In this document: positions 41,661 through 51,185 of the stretch, piece after piece
Position numbering within the stretch: position 1 is the stretch's first letter
Layout of the letters: each line of letters begins with the position of its first letter
Notes under the pieces: generated by a model
What the model was told of the DNA's origin: nothing
Database searches by the model: none
The model's input: the letters and a program-made list of their open reading frames with translations, nothing else
From: Planctomycetaceae bacterium
GTDB lineage: Bacteria > Planctomycetota > Planctomycetia > Pirellulales > Thermoguttaceae
Reading direction: 5' to 3'
NCBI GenBank assembly: GCA_031267635.1
Contig: JAIRYX010000448.1
Span: 10-64,009 of the forward strand
Length of the DNA: 64,000 nt
Program-made: the position numbers and the translations under genes

Positions 41661-42812
41661 ATGGCAGAATCGGCGGTTAACGATATTCCTGAACGGTTTT
41701 TGCGGAAGAAAAAATCTCTCGAAGTAGATAAATTGTTTCGTGCGCTGGTAAAAATTGAGGGAAGCGATCTTCATTTGAAAGCAGATCGTCCGCCTTTTGT
41801 GCGGCATCGCGGACGGTTGAAAGCGTTGGATCGCGGACCTATCGACGACGAAGAGATGGCGCGGCTGATTTTTCCGATGATGGACGAGCGAAACCGCAAA
41901 ATTTTCAACGACACAGGCGGAGCGGACTTTGCGCACACTTGCGAAGTCGATGGGATCGTATGGCGTTTTCGCGTCAACGTACTGCAGCAAATGGGACACA
42001 TGGGGCTTGTCGCGCGGCGTATTAACAATAAAATTCCGCGATTGGAAGACCTTCATTTGCCGGTGCTGCTGTACGAATTGTGTAAATTTGATCAAGGAAT
42101 GGTTTTGTTGGCAGGCGTTACCGGTTCCGGCAAAAGTACGACGATTGCGTCAATGCTGCACTGGGTCAATCAGAATTATTACAAACATATTCTGACGCTT
42201 GAAGACCCGGTAGAATTTCTTTTTACCGATGACAAATGCCTCATCAATCAACGCGAGATCGGTCAGGATGTGGTTGACTTTGGAATCGGCATGAAACACG
42301 CGGTGCGGGAAGACCCCGACGTGATGCTTGTTGGAGAAATGCGAGACCGCGAAACGTTTGAAACTGCCATTCACGCGGCGGAAACCGGTCACTTGGTGTT
42401 TGGAACAATTCACGCTTCCAGTGCGCCGAGTACCATTGGGCGTATCCTCGACCTTTTTCCACAAAATATGCACACCGCTATCCGCAGTGCGCTCGGTTTT
42501 AATATGCGGGGAATCGTGGCACAAAAACTGCTGCCATCAATTCTCCCCGGCGTTCAGCGCGTTCCGACCTGCGAAATTATGACGTTCAATCCGACCGTGC
42601 GAAAACTTGTGTTGGAAGAACAAGACGAAAAATTAGGCGACGCAATCCGCATGTGCGCTCTGGAAGGAATGCAAGATTTTACGATGAGTTTGAAAGGATT
42701 GATTCAAGCGAAAAAGATTGAACGCGCCGTCGCTTTTGAAGTTGCCCCTAACGTTGATGCGTTAAAAATGGCGCTCAAAGGTATTGAAGTAAAAGAGCCG
42801 GGAATTTTGTAA
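41661..42812 (+). CDS. pilT: Type IV pilus retraction ATPase PilT-like
   Basis: Has GSDLHLKADRPPFVRHRG, Walker A GVTGSGKSTT, the Asp box LTLEDPVEF, Walker B MLVGEMRD, and the His box GTIHASS. The ATG at 41661 was chosen. Confidence 0.88.
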   Translation: MAESAVNDIPERFLRKKKSLEVDKLFRALVKIEGSDLHLKADRPPFVRHRGRLKALDRGPIDDEEMARLIFPMMDERNRKIFNDTGGADFAHTCEVDGIVWRFRVNVLQQMGHMGLVARRINNKIPRLEDLHLPVLLYELCKFDQGMVLLAGVTGSGKSTTIASMLHWVNQNYYKHILTLEDPVEFLFTDDKCLINQREIGQDVVDFGIGMKHAVREDPDVMLVGEMRDRETFETAIHAAETGHLVFGTIHASSAPSTIGRILDLFPQNMHTAIRSALGFNMRGIVAQKLLPSILPGVQRVPTCEIMTFNPTVRKLVLEEQDEKLGDAIRMCALEGMQDFTMSLKGLIQAKKIERAVAFEVAPNVDALKMALKGIEVKEPGIL

Positions 42813-43094
42813 AAGATACTCAAACGCATTTTACCCCGAAGCCGCGAAAATGCACGCTGAAACGCGAAGAAATGAATTTTTAAATCTGCAACTTACTAAT
42901 TTATGAAATACAACCTCTCAAGCTTCTTTTCGGTTGCGAATCATCACGAATAAAAATAATATGAACAAGTTTGTTTATCAATATTATTACAAAATGATTG
43001 ATATTATAAAAACAAGTTGTAAGAATATTTTGAAATTTCTTTCGTGTTAATTCCGTGAATAAACATTTTAAATAAGGTACGATTGTAAACGACC

Positions 43095-44930
43095 ATGTTC
43101 AAACGACTCATTTTCCTGTTTTGTCTCGTGTTGACGCTCTCGTTGTTTTCGGGAGTGGCTGTTGAAAACCGCGCATTTGCGGCGAAAAAAGAAGAGAAAA
43201 AAGAACTAACAGAAAAGCAGAAAACGACACGAGACAACTATCTGAAATACGGCGAAGAAGCAATGAAAACCGGCTGGTACGGAAACGGTTTTTATTTCAG
43301 TATGGTAAAATTTGCGATTTGTCTGCTCGGTTTTTGGGTTTGGGTTTACATGATTGACTGGATGAATCGCGACGCGGAAGTGTTGAAAAATCCCAACCGA
43401 ACAATTTGGAATTGTATCAACTGTGGTTTGCTTATTTTTGTTGGCGGATTCGGAGCGATGCTTATAATTCCGATCTTTTGGATTGGTTTGGGAATAAGTC
43501 TTGTCGCGTTCTGGGTTCCGGTTCTCACTTACTCAACAATCCGCAATAAACCGCTTCCGCCGCATGAACGTGTTTTCACGGCGGATCATATTTATTTCAA
43601 ACTTGGTAGAATGCTTCGGATGAAAACAACGCCGCCGAAACAAGCATGGGAATTGGGACCGCCTATTGCGCTTCAATCAATGCAAAAAGATCTTTCAAAA
43701 ACAGAACTCGACGCAAGGACGCTTTTGGCTCGCAATCACGACGGATTCAATCAATACCGTTTCATTCTGGCGACAGCGATTTTTAAACGAGCAACGGGCG
43801 TTATGTTCGATTTTACGGAAACAGAAACGCAGGTTCGTTTTCAAATCGACGGCGTTTGGCATTTGACGCAAACAATCAACCGTGAACAATCCGATCCGCT
43901 TTTGGAATCGGCGAAAATTCTTGTTGGCGCGAATCCGCATGAACGGCGGAAACGTCAGCAAGGAATGTTTGTCGCTGTCTTGGAGCAGAAAAATAAATAC
44001 GAGGCGGAATTTATTTCGCAAGGCGTTCCGAACGGTGAAAAAGCGTTGGTTCAATTCCAAGTAACGAAAGTACCGTTCAACACCGCAGAAGATTTGGGAC
44101 TGGTCGATCCTGAGTTGACGAAGATTAAAAATGCGTTGGCGATTCCCGAAGGCGTTGTCGTTTTTTCCGCACCGCTTGCCAATGGATTGCGAAGCTCTTC
44201 CAACGTATTTTTGCGAATGGCAGATCGTTTTGTCCGCGACTTTGTGACGGTCGAAGATGAACAAAACAAATATCAATTTGTGGAAAACATTCCGGTGACA
44301 TTTTATGATTCCGCAAAAGGGGAATTTCCGACGACCGTTTTGCCGGACGTGTTTTTCAAAGAGCCGCAAGCGTTGGTCTTGCGGGATATGGTCAATAACG
44401 AAACGCTTGAACTTTGTTGCAATGAAACCCAAAACACACGTTTGATTTTAACGACAATTCGCGCGAAAGATTGCGCCGAAGTGATTTTCAAATTCTTGTC
44501 GTTAGGAGTTTCGCCGCAGCTTTTCGCGTCGAAACTTGCGGTGATCTCTTGCCAGCGTTTGATTCGTCGCCTTTGCCCGGACTGCAAAGAAGCGTTTCAA
44601 CCCGCATCGGCAATGCTTCAAAAACTCGGCATCAAGCCGGGAACGGTGAATCAGTTGTATCGGGTTCGTTCCGCGCCGCAGGAAGGCGAAAAGCAACTGC
44701 CGCCGTGTATCAAATGCAACGACATCGGCTATTTTGGACGAACGGCGATGTTCGAGATTTTGGAAGTCAACGATACGATTCGCAAAGTGATTCTCGCAAG
44801 CAAATCGGTCGAGGAACTTCGTATTGGTTTGCAAAAAGCAGGGCATCGCGGCTTTATTCCGTCCGGCTTGGCGTTGGTCGCCAAAGGAATAACGTCTGTT
44901 GATGAGTTGACAAGAATTTTGAAAATGTAG
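43095..44930 (+). CDS. Membrane-anchored GspE/PilB-like protein with degenerate ATPase motifs
   Basis: 611 aa with a signal-like N-terminus plus about 3 TM helices, then a GspE-like fold (VRFQIDGVWHL, TVEDE, the CPDC...CIKC zinc module, GRTAMFEILEV). The Walker A position reads SAPLANGL, Walker B reads LVLRDM, and the His box reads TTIRAK. Confidence 0.7.
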   Translation: MFKRLIFLFCLVLTLSLFSGVAVENRAFAAKKEEKKELTEKQKTTRDNYLKYGEEAMKTGWYGNGFYFSMVKFAICLLGFWVWVYMIDWMNRDAEVLKNPNRTIWNCINCGLLIFVGGFGAMLIIPIFWIGLGISLVAFWVPVLTYSTIRNKPLPPHERVFTADHIYFKLGRMLRMKTTPPKQAWELGPPIALQSMQKDLSKTELDARTLLARNHDGFNQYRFILATAIFKRATGVMFDFTETETQVRFQIDGVWHLTQTINREQSDPLLESAKILVGANPHERRKRQQGMFVAVLEQKNKYEAEFISQGVPNGEKALVQFQVTKVPFNTAEDLGLVDPELTKIKNALAIPEGVVVFSAPLANGLRSSSNVFLRMADRFVRDFVTVEDEQNKYQFVENIPVTFYDSAKGEFPTTVLPDVFFKEPQALVLRDMVNNETLELCCNETQNTRLILTTIRAKDCAEVIFKFLSLGVSPQLFASKLAVISCQRLIRRLCPDCKEAFQPASAMLQKLGIKPGTVNQLYRVRSAPQEGEKQLPPCIKCNDIGYFGRTAMFEILEVNDTIRKVILASKSVEELRIGLQKAGHRGFIPSGLALVAKGITSVDELTRILKM

Positions 44931-44987
44931 AAATCAGGAGAGCATTGAGAGCGGACGATTTAAATCTCCTGCTCTTGGCTGAAAAAT

Positions 44988-45662
44988 ATGGAACACGCAC
45001 TTGATCCAACGATTGCGAATCCCTATATCACGGGGACTCTTGTTTTATTTAGTATTTTCGCATTACTTGCGATGATTGGTTTTATCGCATGGCGATGGAA
45101 CGACGGACTTTGGGGAGCGATACTCCTTTCGTTCAATTTGGCGTTTTCATCAATCATTGCGATCAACTTTTATGAGCCGATAGGCAAAGCGATTGCATCG
45201 GCGGCTCCTGTTGGGCTGTTTTATTGGGATTCGTTGACATTCGTTTTGTTGGTATTGATTTCTTTTATCGTATTCAGTTTGATAACCGACCGATTGTCTC
45301 GCGTGATTGTCAAATTTCCGAATTGGGCTGAAATGATCGTCAAGCCAATTTATCTTCTGGTCATTTGGGGGATATTGGTTGTACCGTTAATCTATTTTGT
45401 CATACAGATTGGTCCGACAGCTCCAAAACCGCTTGGAGGAAATATTGATTTTGAACAAGGTACGGCTACCGTAGATTCTATCATAAGACGATCCGCTAAA
45501 ATTTCATCCACTGGTGCGCTCAGTCCATTAACCGGAACAAACGGATTTGATCCCGACAACGATTTCCTTGTCCGCGAATACAAACGCCGATGTGCGTTAT
45601 TTTCAATTCTTTGGAAAACCGGCATATCCAGAAACGGCGAAAAAGCAGATTTTTTGGAATGA
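44988..45662 (+). CDS. Hypothetical integral membrane protein (possibly CvpA-like)
   Basis: 224-aa ORF with 4-5 predicted TM segments. The weak resemblance to the CvpA family is from recall only. Confidence 0.5.
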   Translation: MEHALDPTIANPYITGTLVLFSIFALLAMIGFIAWRWNDGLWGAILLSFNLAFSSIIAINFYEPIGKAIASAAPVGLFYWDSLTFVLLVLISFIVFSLITDRLSRVIVKFPNWAEMIVKPIYLLVIWGILVVPLIYFVIQIGPTAPKPLGGNIDFEQGTATVDSIIRRSAKISSTGALSPLTGTNGFDPDNDFLVREYKRRCALFSILWKTGISRNGEKADFLE

Positions 45663-45920
45663 AAGATTTTCTGACTGTTTCATCTTTTATAACCGTTCAC
45701 AGAGCGGATTTTTAAAACGCGAAGCACGCTAAAAAACACGAAAGGTAGCAAAAAAATTTTTCGCGTTGTTTTACGGAAGTTTTACGTTGAAAATCAAAGG
45801 TTTTACTTTGTCCTTATTTCATTGCGATTGAATTTTGGGTTTTACGAATAGAGATCAAAACTAGATTTTACGATATAACGGCGCCAGTGAAAACTGAAAT
45901 TTTAAGTATCAAGGAATATA

Positions 45921-46490
45921 TCAACGAGATTTCAATGCGTGAATAATAGCGTGGCAAAATACAGAATGAACATCTTCCACGACCTCATAAACATGGGCCG
46001 GAACATGTAACGAAATATCGGCGATGTGTTTCAATTTTCCGCCGTCAAAACCGGACATGCCAACGACTTTACCGCCGTTTGCGCGGGCGTATTCCGCCGC
46101 TCGAATGATATTCGGCGAGTTGCCGCTTGAGGAAATTGCTATCAGTAAGTCGCCGGAATTAAAAAAATTCCGAAGTTGTCCGGTAAACGTTTCTTCATAA
46201 CCACAATCATTTCCTAATGCGGTAATCGATGACGAATTGGCGCAAAGCGTCATGATTCGCGGAAATTTTTCACCCGTTTTCGCAATATTTTTTCCAAAGT
46301 CCGCTGCCAAATGCACTGCAACAGCAGCGCTTCCACCATTGCCGATAGTAAAAATCTGACGATCAGCATGATACGTTTTCCGCACAAGCTCTGTCGCTGA
46401 TTCCAGTACGGCAAAATCAAATTCGTCGATTGCCGTTTGAACCAGATATTTATATTCCTCAAGCCGTTGTTTTAATGGATTATCTGACAT
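45921..46490 (-). CDS. gmhA: SIS-domain phosphoheptose isomerase
   Basis: 189-aa ORF with TIGNGGSAAVAVHLAADF and LIAISSSGNSPNI. Confidence 0.8.
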   Translation of the reverse strand: MSDNPLKQRLEEYKYLVQTAIDEFDFAVLESATELVRKTYHADRQIFTIGNGGSAAVAVHLAADFGKNIAKTGEKFPRIMTLCANSSSITALGNDCGYEETFTGQLRNFFNSGDLLIAISSSGNSPNIIRAAEYARANGGKVVGMSGFDGGKLKHIADISLHVPAHVYEVVEDVHSVFCHAIIHALKSR

Positions 46491-46552
46491 GTTCGTTTCT
46501 ATTCTTAAAAAATTTTTTCACCCACATGATACTCAAGCGATAAACAGAGATC

Positions 46553-46706
46553 CGGCTTATTTCACATTTTGGGGAGGGATTGGTTTATAAAATACTGTAA
46601 CTATTCAGAGAAACTTGATAAATAAGGGTTAAAACGGTAAAGTCGTTCAGCTAACGATATAGCTGCCCGGTGCGGATTTAGTTGGTTTGAGCGACTGAAT
46701 AGTTAC
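46553..46706. repeat. Family-R1 composite (A TIR, C half, inverted B)
   Basis: CGGCTTATTTCACATTTTGGGGAGGGATTGGTTTATAAAATACTGTAACTATTCAG ... CTTGATAAATAAGGG ... GCCCGGTGCGGATTTAGTTGGTTTGAGCGACTGAATAGTTAC. Confidence 0.8.
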
Positions 46707-46775
46707 GTTTCCTGAATGTTAATCGCTCATGCGTAACATGCATTACTGGCAATAATGTGTTTGTTAAGTTTTTGG

Positions 46776-48089
46776 TTACGCTCTGTATTCATATTCCGAT
46801 TGCACCTGCGAATTATCGCCGATCACATCGGCGATAATTCCTTCCTGAATCAATTGCAACGCTCCTTGGAGAATACATTCCTGCGAGTACGTTTGTTCTT
46901 CGGGCGAAATGGAAAATGTTTGACGTATCATTTCACGAAACGTTATCTGTTCATAAACTGGAAATTGCGAAAGCACGCGGTCGATAAATATTGGGTCGCA
47001 GGCGGATAATGCACGAATCATTAAATCGCTGTTTTGTCCGCGAAATAATACGCCTAAGTCAAAATCGTCTAACAACGCGAGATGCTCAAACGTGATAAGC
47101 GGTATGTTGTATGTTTCTATCGGATCTTCACCGTAAATTGAATTGTCCTGATAGTCTTGGTATTCCGGCTCTTCCATTTCCTGATAGCCGTTGCGTTCTT
47201 CCGCTTCAATTTCGTTCAAGCCGAGCAAAATATCATTGTAGACGCTGTTGTCAACGTCGTTTGCGGATTCGTTTTCCGCCGATTGTAAAATCTGTTCCAG
47301 CAGCGCGAGTCCGGGCTTGAATTTGTTTTTTTCCTCAAATTCCTGCGTCAAACGCTGTTTGAGAACGAAATCAATTTCGTCGAGAATCGTCTCGTCGGTC
47401 TCGTCGAGCTTGGCAAGTCGGCGAATGACGTCCCGTTTCAGAGATTGCTCAAAACATGCCAGCACGCCGCGCGAACATTGCGGCGTCAACTGCGACAACA
47501 CAACCGCAATCAACTGCTCGCTTTCCGCCGCTAAAAACACCGCCGCGTCAAACGGCGTCATGCGTTCCAACTCGTCAAAACGCTTGGGGCAAGTTTCCGG
47601 CATTGTTTCGTTCGGCTCGTTTTGTTGAATGATCGTTTGTTGCGGCGGTTGATTTTCCGCATCGAAATTATCGGCGTGTTTCGTTTCCGGTTCCACAAGA
47701 TTTTCTAACTGGGCGGATGGAGAATCCGAAGAAGGATCGTGAATATGATACGCTGTCGATATCGCCGAAGAAGAAACCATCGTTGCCGCGGAAACGTTAG
47801 ACGAAAATTCGACAAAATCCGAGTCGCTGCCCGAAATGACTGTTTTGTGCGAATTGTCCGGCGGTTGAGAACGCGAAATCTTTCCATTGTTTTTCGTGTC
47901 AAGTAAAAATTGGCGTACCGCCGTATGAATTTCCTCGCGGGAAATCCGCTGTACCGCAACCATTTCCTGCCGCACCGCACAAGCTTCTTCCGTCGGCAAA
48001 CGTTTTAATAGCGTGTTCGCCGTCTCCCAATCAAGCCCGTTCAAAAAAATTGCCGCTTTCCTAATTCCGCTACGCGCATCCATGATCAA
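46776..48089 (-). CDS. fliG: Flagellar motor switch protein FliG-like, with a long internal insertion
   Basis: 437 aa. The N-domain has GIRKAAIFLNGLDWETANTLLKRL, the middle domain has AAVFLAAESEQLIAVVLSQL, and the C-domain has LALLDDFDLGVLFRGQNSDLMIRAL. About 100 low-complexity residues lie between the N and M domains. Confidence 0.7.
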   Translation of the reverse strand: MIMDARSGIRKAAIFLNGLDWETANTLLKRLPTEEACAVRQEMVAVQRISREEIHTAVRQFLLDTKNNGKISRSQPPDNSHKTVISGSDSDFVEFSSNVSAATMVSSSAISTAYHIHDPSSDSPSAQLENLVEPETKHADNFDAENQPPQQTIIQQNEPNETMPETCPKRFDELERMTPFDAAVFLAAESEQLIAVVLSQLTPQCSRGVLACFEQSLKRDVIRRLAKLDETDETILDEIDFVLKQRLTQEFEEKNKFKPGLALLEQILQSAENESANDVDNSVYNDILLGLNEIEAEERNGYQEMEEPEYQDYQDNSIYGEDPIETYNIPLITFEHLALLDDFDLGVLFRGQNSDLMIRALSACDPIFIDRVLSQFPVYEQITFREMIRQTFSISPEEQTYSQECILQGALQLIQEGIIADVIGDNSQVQSEYEYRA

Positions 48090-48149
48090 TTCCTGATAAA
48101 AATTTGTTTCTTCCCCATTCGTACCGTTTTGCGGAGGAATAAAAAAGAG

Positions 48150-48950
48150 TTATTCCGTTTTTTGCGAAGCTCCGATCCATTGACGGACGACTTTTGCCGC
48201 CGCGTCGAGGTCTTCTTCCACGACATTGCCCGCTTCGTCAATAAGCGTCGTTAACGGTTTCGAGCCGAACCCGTCCAAAGTTCGCGTCTTCTCCGCTGCT
48301 TCGCTGCTTTCCTGTTTGCCGAACAGATCCCACGTTTCCGTTTCCAAATCCGGCTGACGTACCGCCGTTTTGCCTTCAATATGTTTTTGTTGCAACGACG
48401 CAATCGCTCGCGCAAATTGGATCTTTTCTTCTTTTTTCAATTGCTCCATCGCGGAAAAAATCCAACGCGCACGGCATTCCTCCGCCGTGGATTTTTGCGG
48501 CGACGTTTCCAGCGTGGTCAACCGTCTTTCCGCCGCTTTCAACGCAAGTAATATTTCGTCCGCAGTCAAGTTTTCAGGAAACCCGCTTTCGTCCAATTCG
48601 ACGTCCCGCGGAATTTGATAGCTCGGATTCAGTTTCCGTTTCTTTCGTAAAAATTCCTGTTCGCGTTCCGTATATTCTTCCGCTTCCTCATGCAGCAATT
48701 CCATCGCCTTGTCATAAGAAAGCTGTTTCGGTTTTTTCCAATACGCGACGCCGTTTTCTTTGTCGCGGAAACCGCCCACTTTTCGCTGAAATACCAGACG
48801 TTTCTTATCGCCGAGCAATTTGAGCAGTCGTTCCAATTCATTCGGCGTCAACCCCAGCGCAACCGGCAACACTTCCCCTTCAACCGTTCCTTTCAGGTCT
48901 TTTGCGGAATTGGCGAGCGTTCTTTGGTTTTTCTTTGAAAACAATGACAT
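48150..48950 (-). CDS. Hypothetical charged protein with a FliF-C-terminus-like tail
   Basis: 266 aa from the ATG at 48950 (the track start at 49049 is a TTG). It is rich in Glu/Lys/Arg. Its C-terminus EEDLDAAAKVVRQWIG mirrors the FliF C-terminus NPDAAANVLRQWIG. It lies between fliF and fliG. Confidence 0.6.
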   Translation of the reverse strand: MSLFSKKNQRTLANSAKDLKGTVEGEVLPVALGLTPNELERLLKLLGDKKRLVFQRKVGGFRDKENGVAYWKKPKQLSYDKAMELLHEEAEEYTEREQEFLRKKRKLNPSYQIPRDVELDESGFPENLTADEILLALKAAERRLTTLETSPQKSTAEECRARWIFSAMEQLKKEEKIQFARAIASLQQKHIEGKTAVRQPDLETETWDLFGKQESSEAAEKTRTLDGFGSKPLTTLIDEAGNVVEEDLDAAAKVVRQWIGASQKTE

Positions 48951-49077
48951 TGCTAGGAAAAATCTAATAAAAATAAGGAGAGCGGCCGGTCTTGGGGTTG
49001 GCTCGGCGTTGAATTTCTTTTTCGTTTGCGCTAAATGTTTAATTGACAATGATTTAGGAAATCGCTACGCAAGTCTC

Positions 49078-49238
49078 GTCGGATTCCCCAAAGCCGTTGG
49101 ATTGTCATCCAGAGCCGCCGTCGCAGGCGACAGAGCCGCTGTTGCAAGTCCCAAAGCCGTCGGGATAAGTCCCGGAACCGTTGGGATAAGTCCCGGAACC
49201 GTTGGGACAAGTCCCAAAGCCGTTGGGGGCTTTCCCGA
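49078..49238. repeat. Second, more degenerate 21-bp tandem array (about 8 units), inverted relative to the 2854 array
   Basis: Units CGTTGGGATAAGTCCCGGAAC and CGTTGGGACAAGTCCCAAAGC. The flank TCCCGAATTATTTGTAT is the reverse complement of the ATAAATAATTCGGGA flank of the first array. Confidence 0.8.
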
Positions 49239-49437
49239 ATTATTTGTATGCTAACTCATGTTGCGTAGGATCTTCATTCCGTCCGAAATAGGGTTATTTA
49301 CTCCTATTCCTGTTACGCACGAGCGATTAGTATTCAAGGAGCGAAAAAACAGTTTTTCCGCTCTTGACAGGAATCATTGCGAAAAACTGATCAATTTTGG
49401 ATATGCTTTGATAGCTCATAGGCATAACATGAGTTAC

Positions 49438-51144
49438 TCAGTGTTCCTGCATAACGACTTTACCAATCCACTGACGCAAGACATTGGCGGCGGCGTCGGG
49501 GTTTTCATTGACAAGATCGCTCACTTCTTCCTGCAGCGACCGCATGGATTTATTGAACGGTTCAAGCGTTCGATTGAAACCAGACTCTTCGCCGTTTTCT
49601 TCCGACGATTCGGTTTCCGGTTCGGCGTAAGGCATATCCGGTGCTTCGTAAAGAATAATCGGTTCCGGTTTGGCGGGTCGCGTTACGCTCCAAAGTACGC
49701 CGAGCGAAACGGCAATCAAGCCGAACATTCCTAAAAACTTCCAGTTGCCGTTCAGCCAAGCCGTCGCGTTTTCCATCCATGACGCGGGTTCCGCCTGAAC
49801 GTAATCGCGGGTATGATACGGCTCAATCGTTACGAGTTTTTCTAATTCCGCGTCGTCCGTGATCTGCTCGTTTTGCATTCGCAAATGCGGGAGAATTTGT
49901 TGTTTCATCCGCGCGATTTCCGCCGGAATCCAAGTTTCTATGTCGCCGTCTTTCGGTTCGGGGTTCTGTTCTCCCATTAAGCTTTGGGCTTTTTTCCATG
50001 TTGTCATAAAGTAATCGTATGGGACTCGCAAACTCACCGCCATTGCGTGCGGAGTCATTTTTTCGTAAGAAGTTTGCGATTGCATGCCGTTCATCACATT
50101 CGCGGCGCGGGCGTGGTCTTCGCTATAATTAAATTTTCCGTTCAGTATCGCAGCGCCGTTATTGAGCGGCAAGGGAACGTTTTCTTTTTGCATTTCATAA
50201 CCGGGGCGACCGGCGTTTGCGGCGTTTTCGCCGGAAGATTTTATCGAAAGATCGTCGGAAACGCCGACCGTTGGCTTTCCATGTTGCACGGTTAATTCGT
50301 CGCGCGATTTGTATTTATCCAACGCGGCGGTAGCGGCAACTCGTAAACCGTCGATCTCCGAGAATTGCGAACGAACCTGATTTTCAAAATATTCTTCCGC
50401 CTCCCGCTTATTTTCAAGATACACGCCGCCGTTCGTTCCTTTGAACCAATCGTCGGAACCAATCCATGTTTTTCCGCTGCTTTGGTCGGTAACGATAATA
50501 TTTTTCACGTCTTCGATCCCGAACGCTCCTTTCACCACGCCGACGATTCCGCCTAACAATTTGGTGTCGAGTTGATGGTTCGGCTGCGGACGGACAAGAA
50601 CCGTTGCTGTTCTGACACGCTTTCGCTGAAATCTTTTATCATAAACGTTGTTTTCGTCGGTAAAAACCAGCGCGTCGTCCAATCCGCCGAGAGAGCGTAA
50701 CGCATTCGACGTTGCAAGCGACATCGCCGCGCGGTTTCGGTCGAGACGTTCCGGTTTGGTCGTCATTGGGGACGAACTGTTGATCGTTTCCAAAATCATC
50801 GCGGCGTCGTCCTGCGGAATCGCGTTTCCTTTCGAGAGCGCGGCGATATATTTTTCTCTTTGCTTGATCGGAACTTTCAGCCGATAACCTTCCCAAGTGT
50901 AATCGTTCAGCCCCGAGTTTCCCAACGCTTCAATAACGACTCGTTGTTGCGATTGCGAAAAATTATAATCGCCCAATAAAAATATTTCCTTTGCCGCCGC
51001 GCTTGTGCCGCGTCCGGGAACAATCAGGTAAACTAAACTTATCAACAACACCATGAACAACAACCCCGTGACAATCCGACTTCCCGGCGTCATTCCGAAA
51101 TACAATTCGCGTATCTGTTTCCATGTTTCTTTTAGCGTGTTCAT
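49438..51144 (-). CDS. fliF: Flagellar M-ring protein
   Basis: 568 aa with an N-terminal TM (GLLFMVLLISLVYLI), a periplasmic ring-building region, a second TM (FLGMFGLIAVSLGVLW), and a C-terminal tail ending NPDAAANVLRQWIG. Confidence 0.8.
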   Translation of the reverse strand: MNTLKETWKQIRELYFGMTPGSRIVTGLLFMVLLISLVYLIVPGRGTSAAAKEIFLLGDYNFSQSQQRVVIEALGNSGLNDYTWEGYRLKVPIKQREKYIAALSKGNAIPQDDAAMILETINSSSPMTTKPERLDRNRAAMSLATSNALRSLGGLDDALVFTDENNVYDKRFQRKRVRTATVLVRPQPNHQLDTKLLGGIVGVVKGAFGIEDVKNIIVTDQSSGKTWIGSDDWFKGTNGGVYLENKREAEEYFENQVRSQFSEIDGLRVAATAALDKYKSRDELTVQHGKPTVGVSDDLSIKSSGENAANAGRPGYEMQKENVPLPLNNGAAILNGKFNYSEDHARAANVMNGMQSQTSYEKMTPHAMAVSLRVPYDYFMTTWKKAQSLMGEQNPEPKDGDIETWIPAEIARMKQQILPHLRMQNEQITDDAELEKLVTIEPYHTRDYVQAEPASWMENATAWLNGNWKFLGMFGLIAVSLGVLWSVTRPAKPEPIILYEAPDMPYAEPETESSEENGEESGFNRTLEPFNKSMRSLQEEVSDLVNENPDAAANVLRQWIGKVVMQEH

Positions 51145-51185
51145 GGCGAGGTCATTTTATTTCTTCATTACGAGGAAGTTTTAAT

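Noticed and set aside
42517-42532. TGGCACAAAAACTGCT, which has correct sigma-54 -24/-12 spacing.
   Set aside because: It lies inside the pilT coding sequence with no downstream gene start. It is most likely a chance match.
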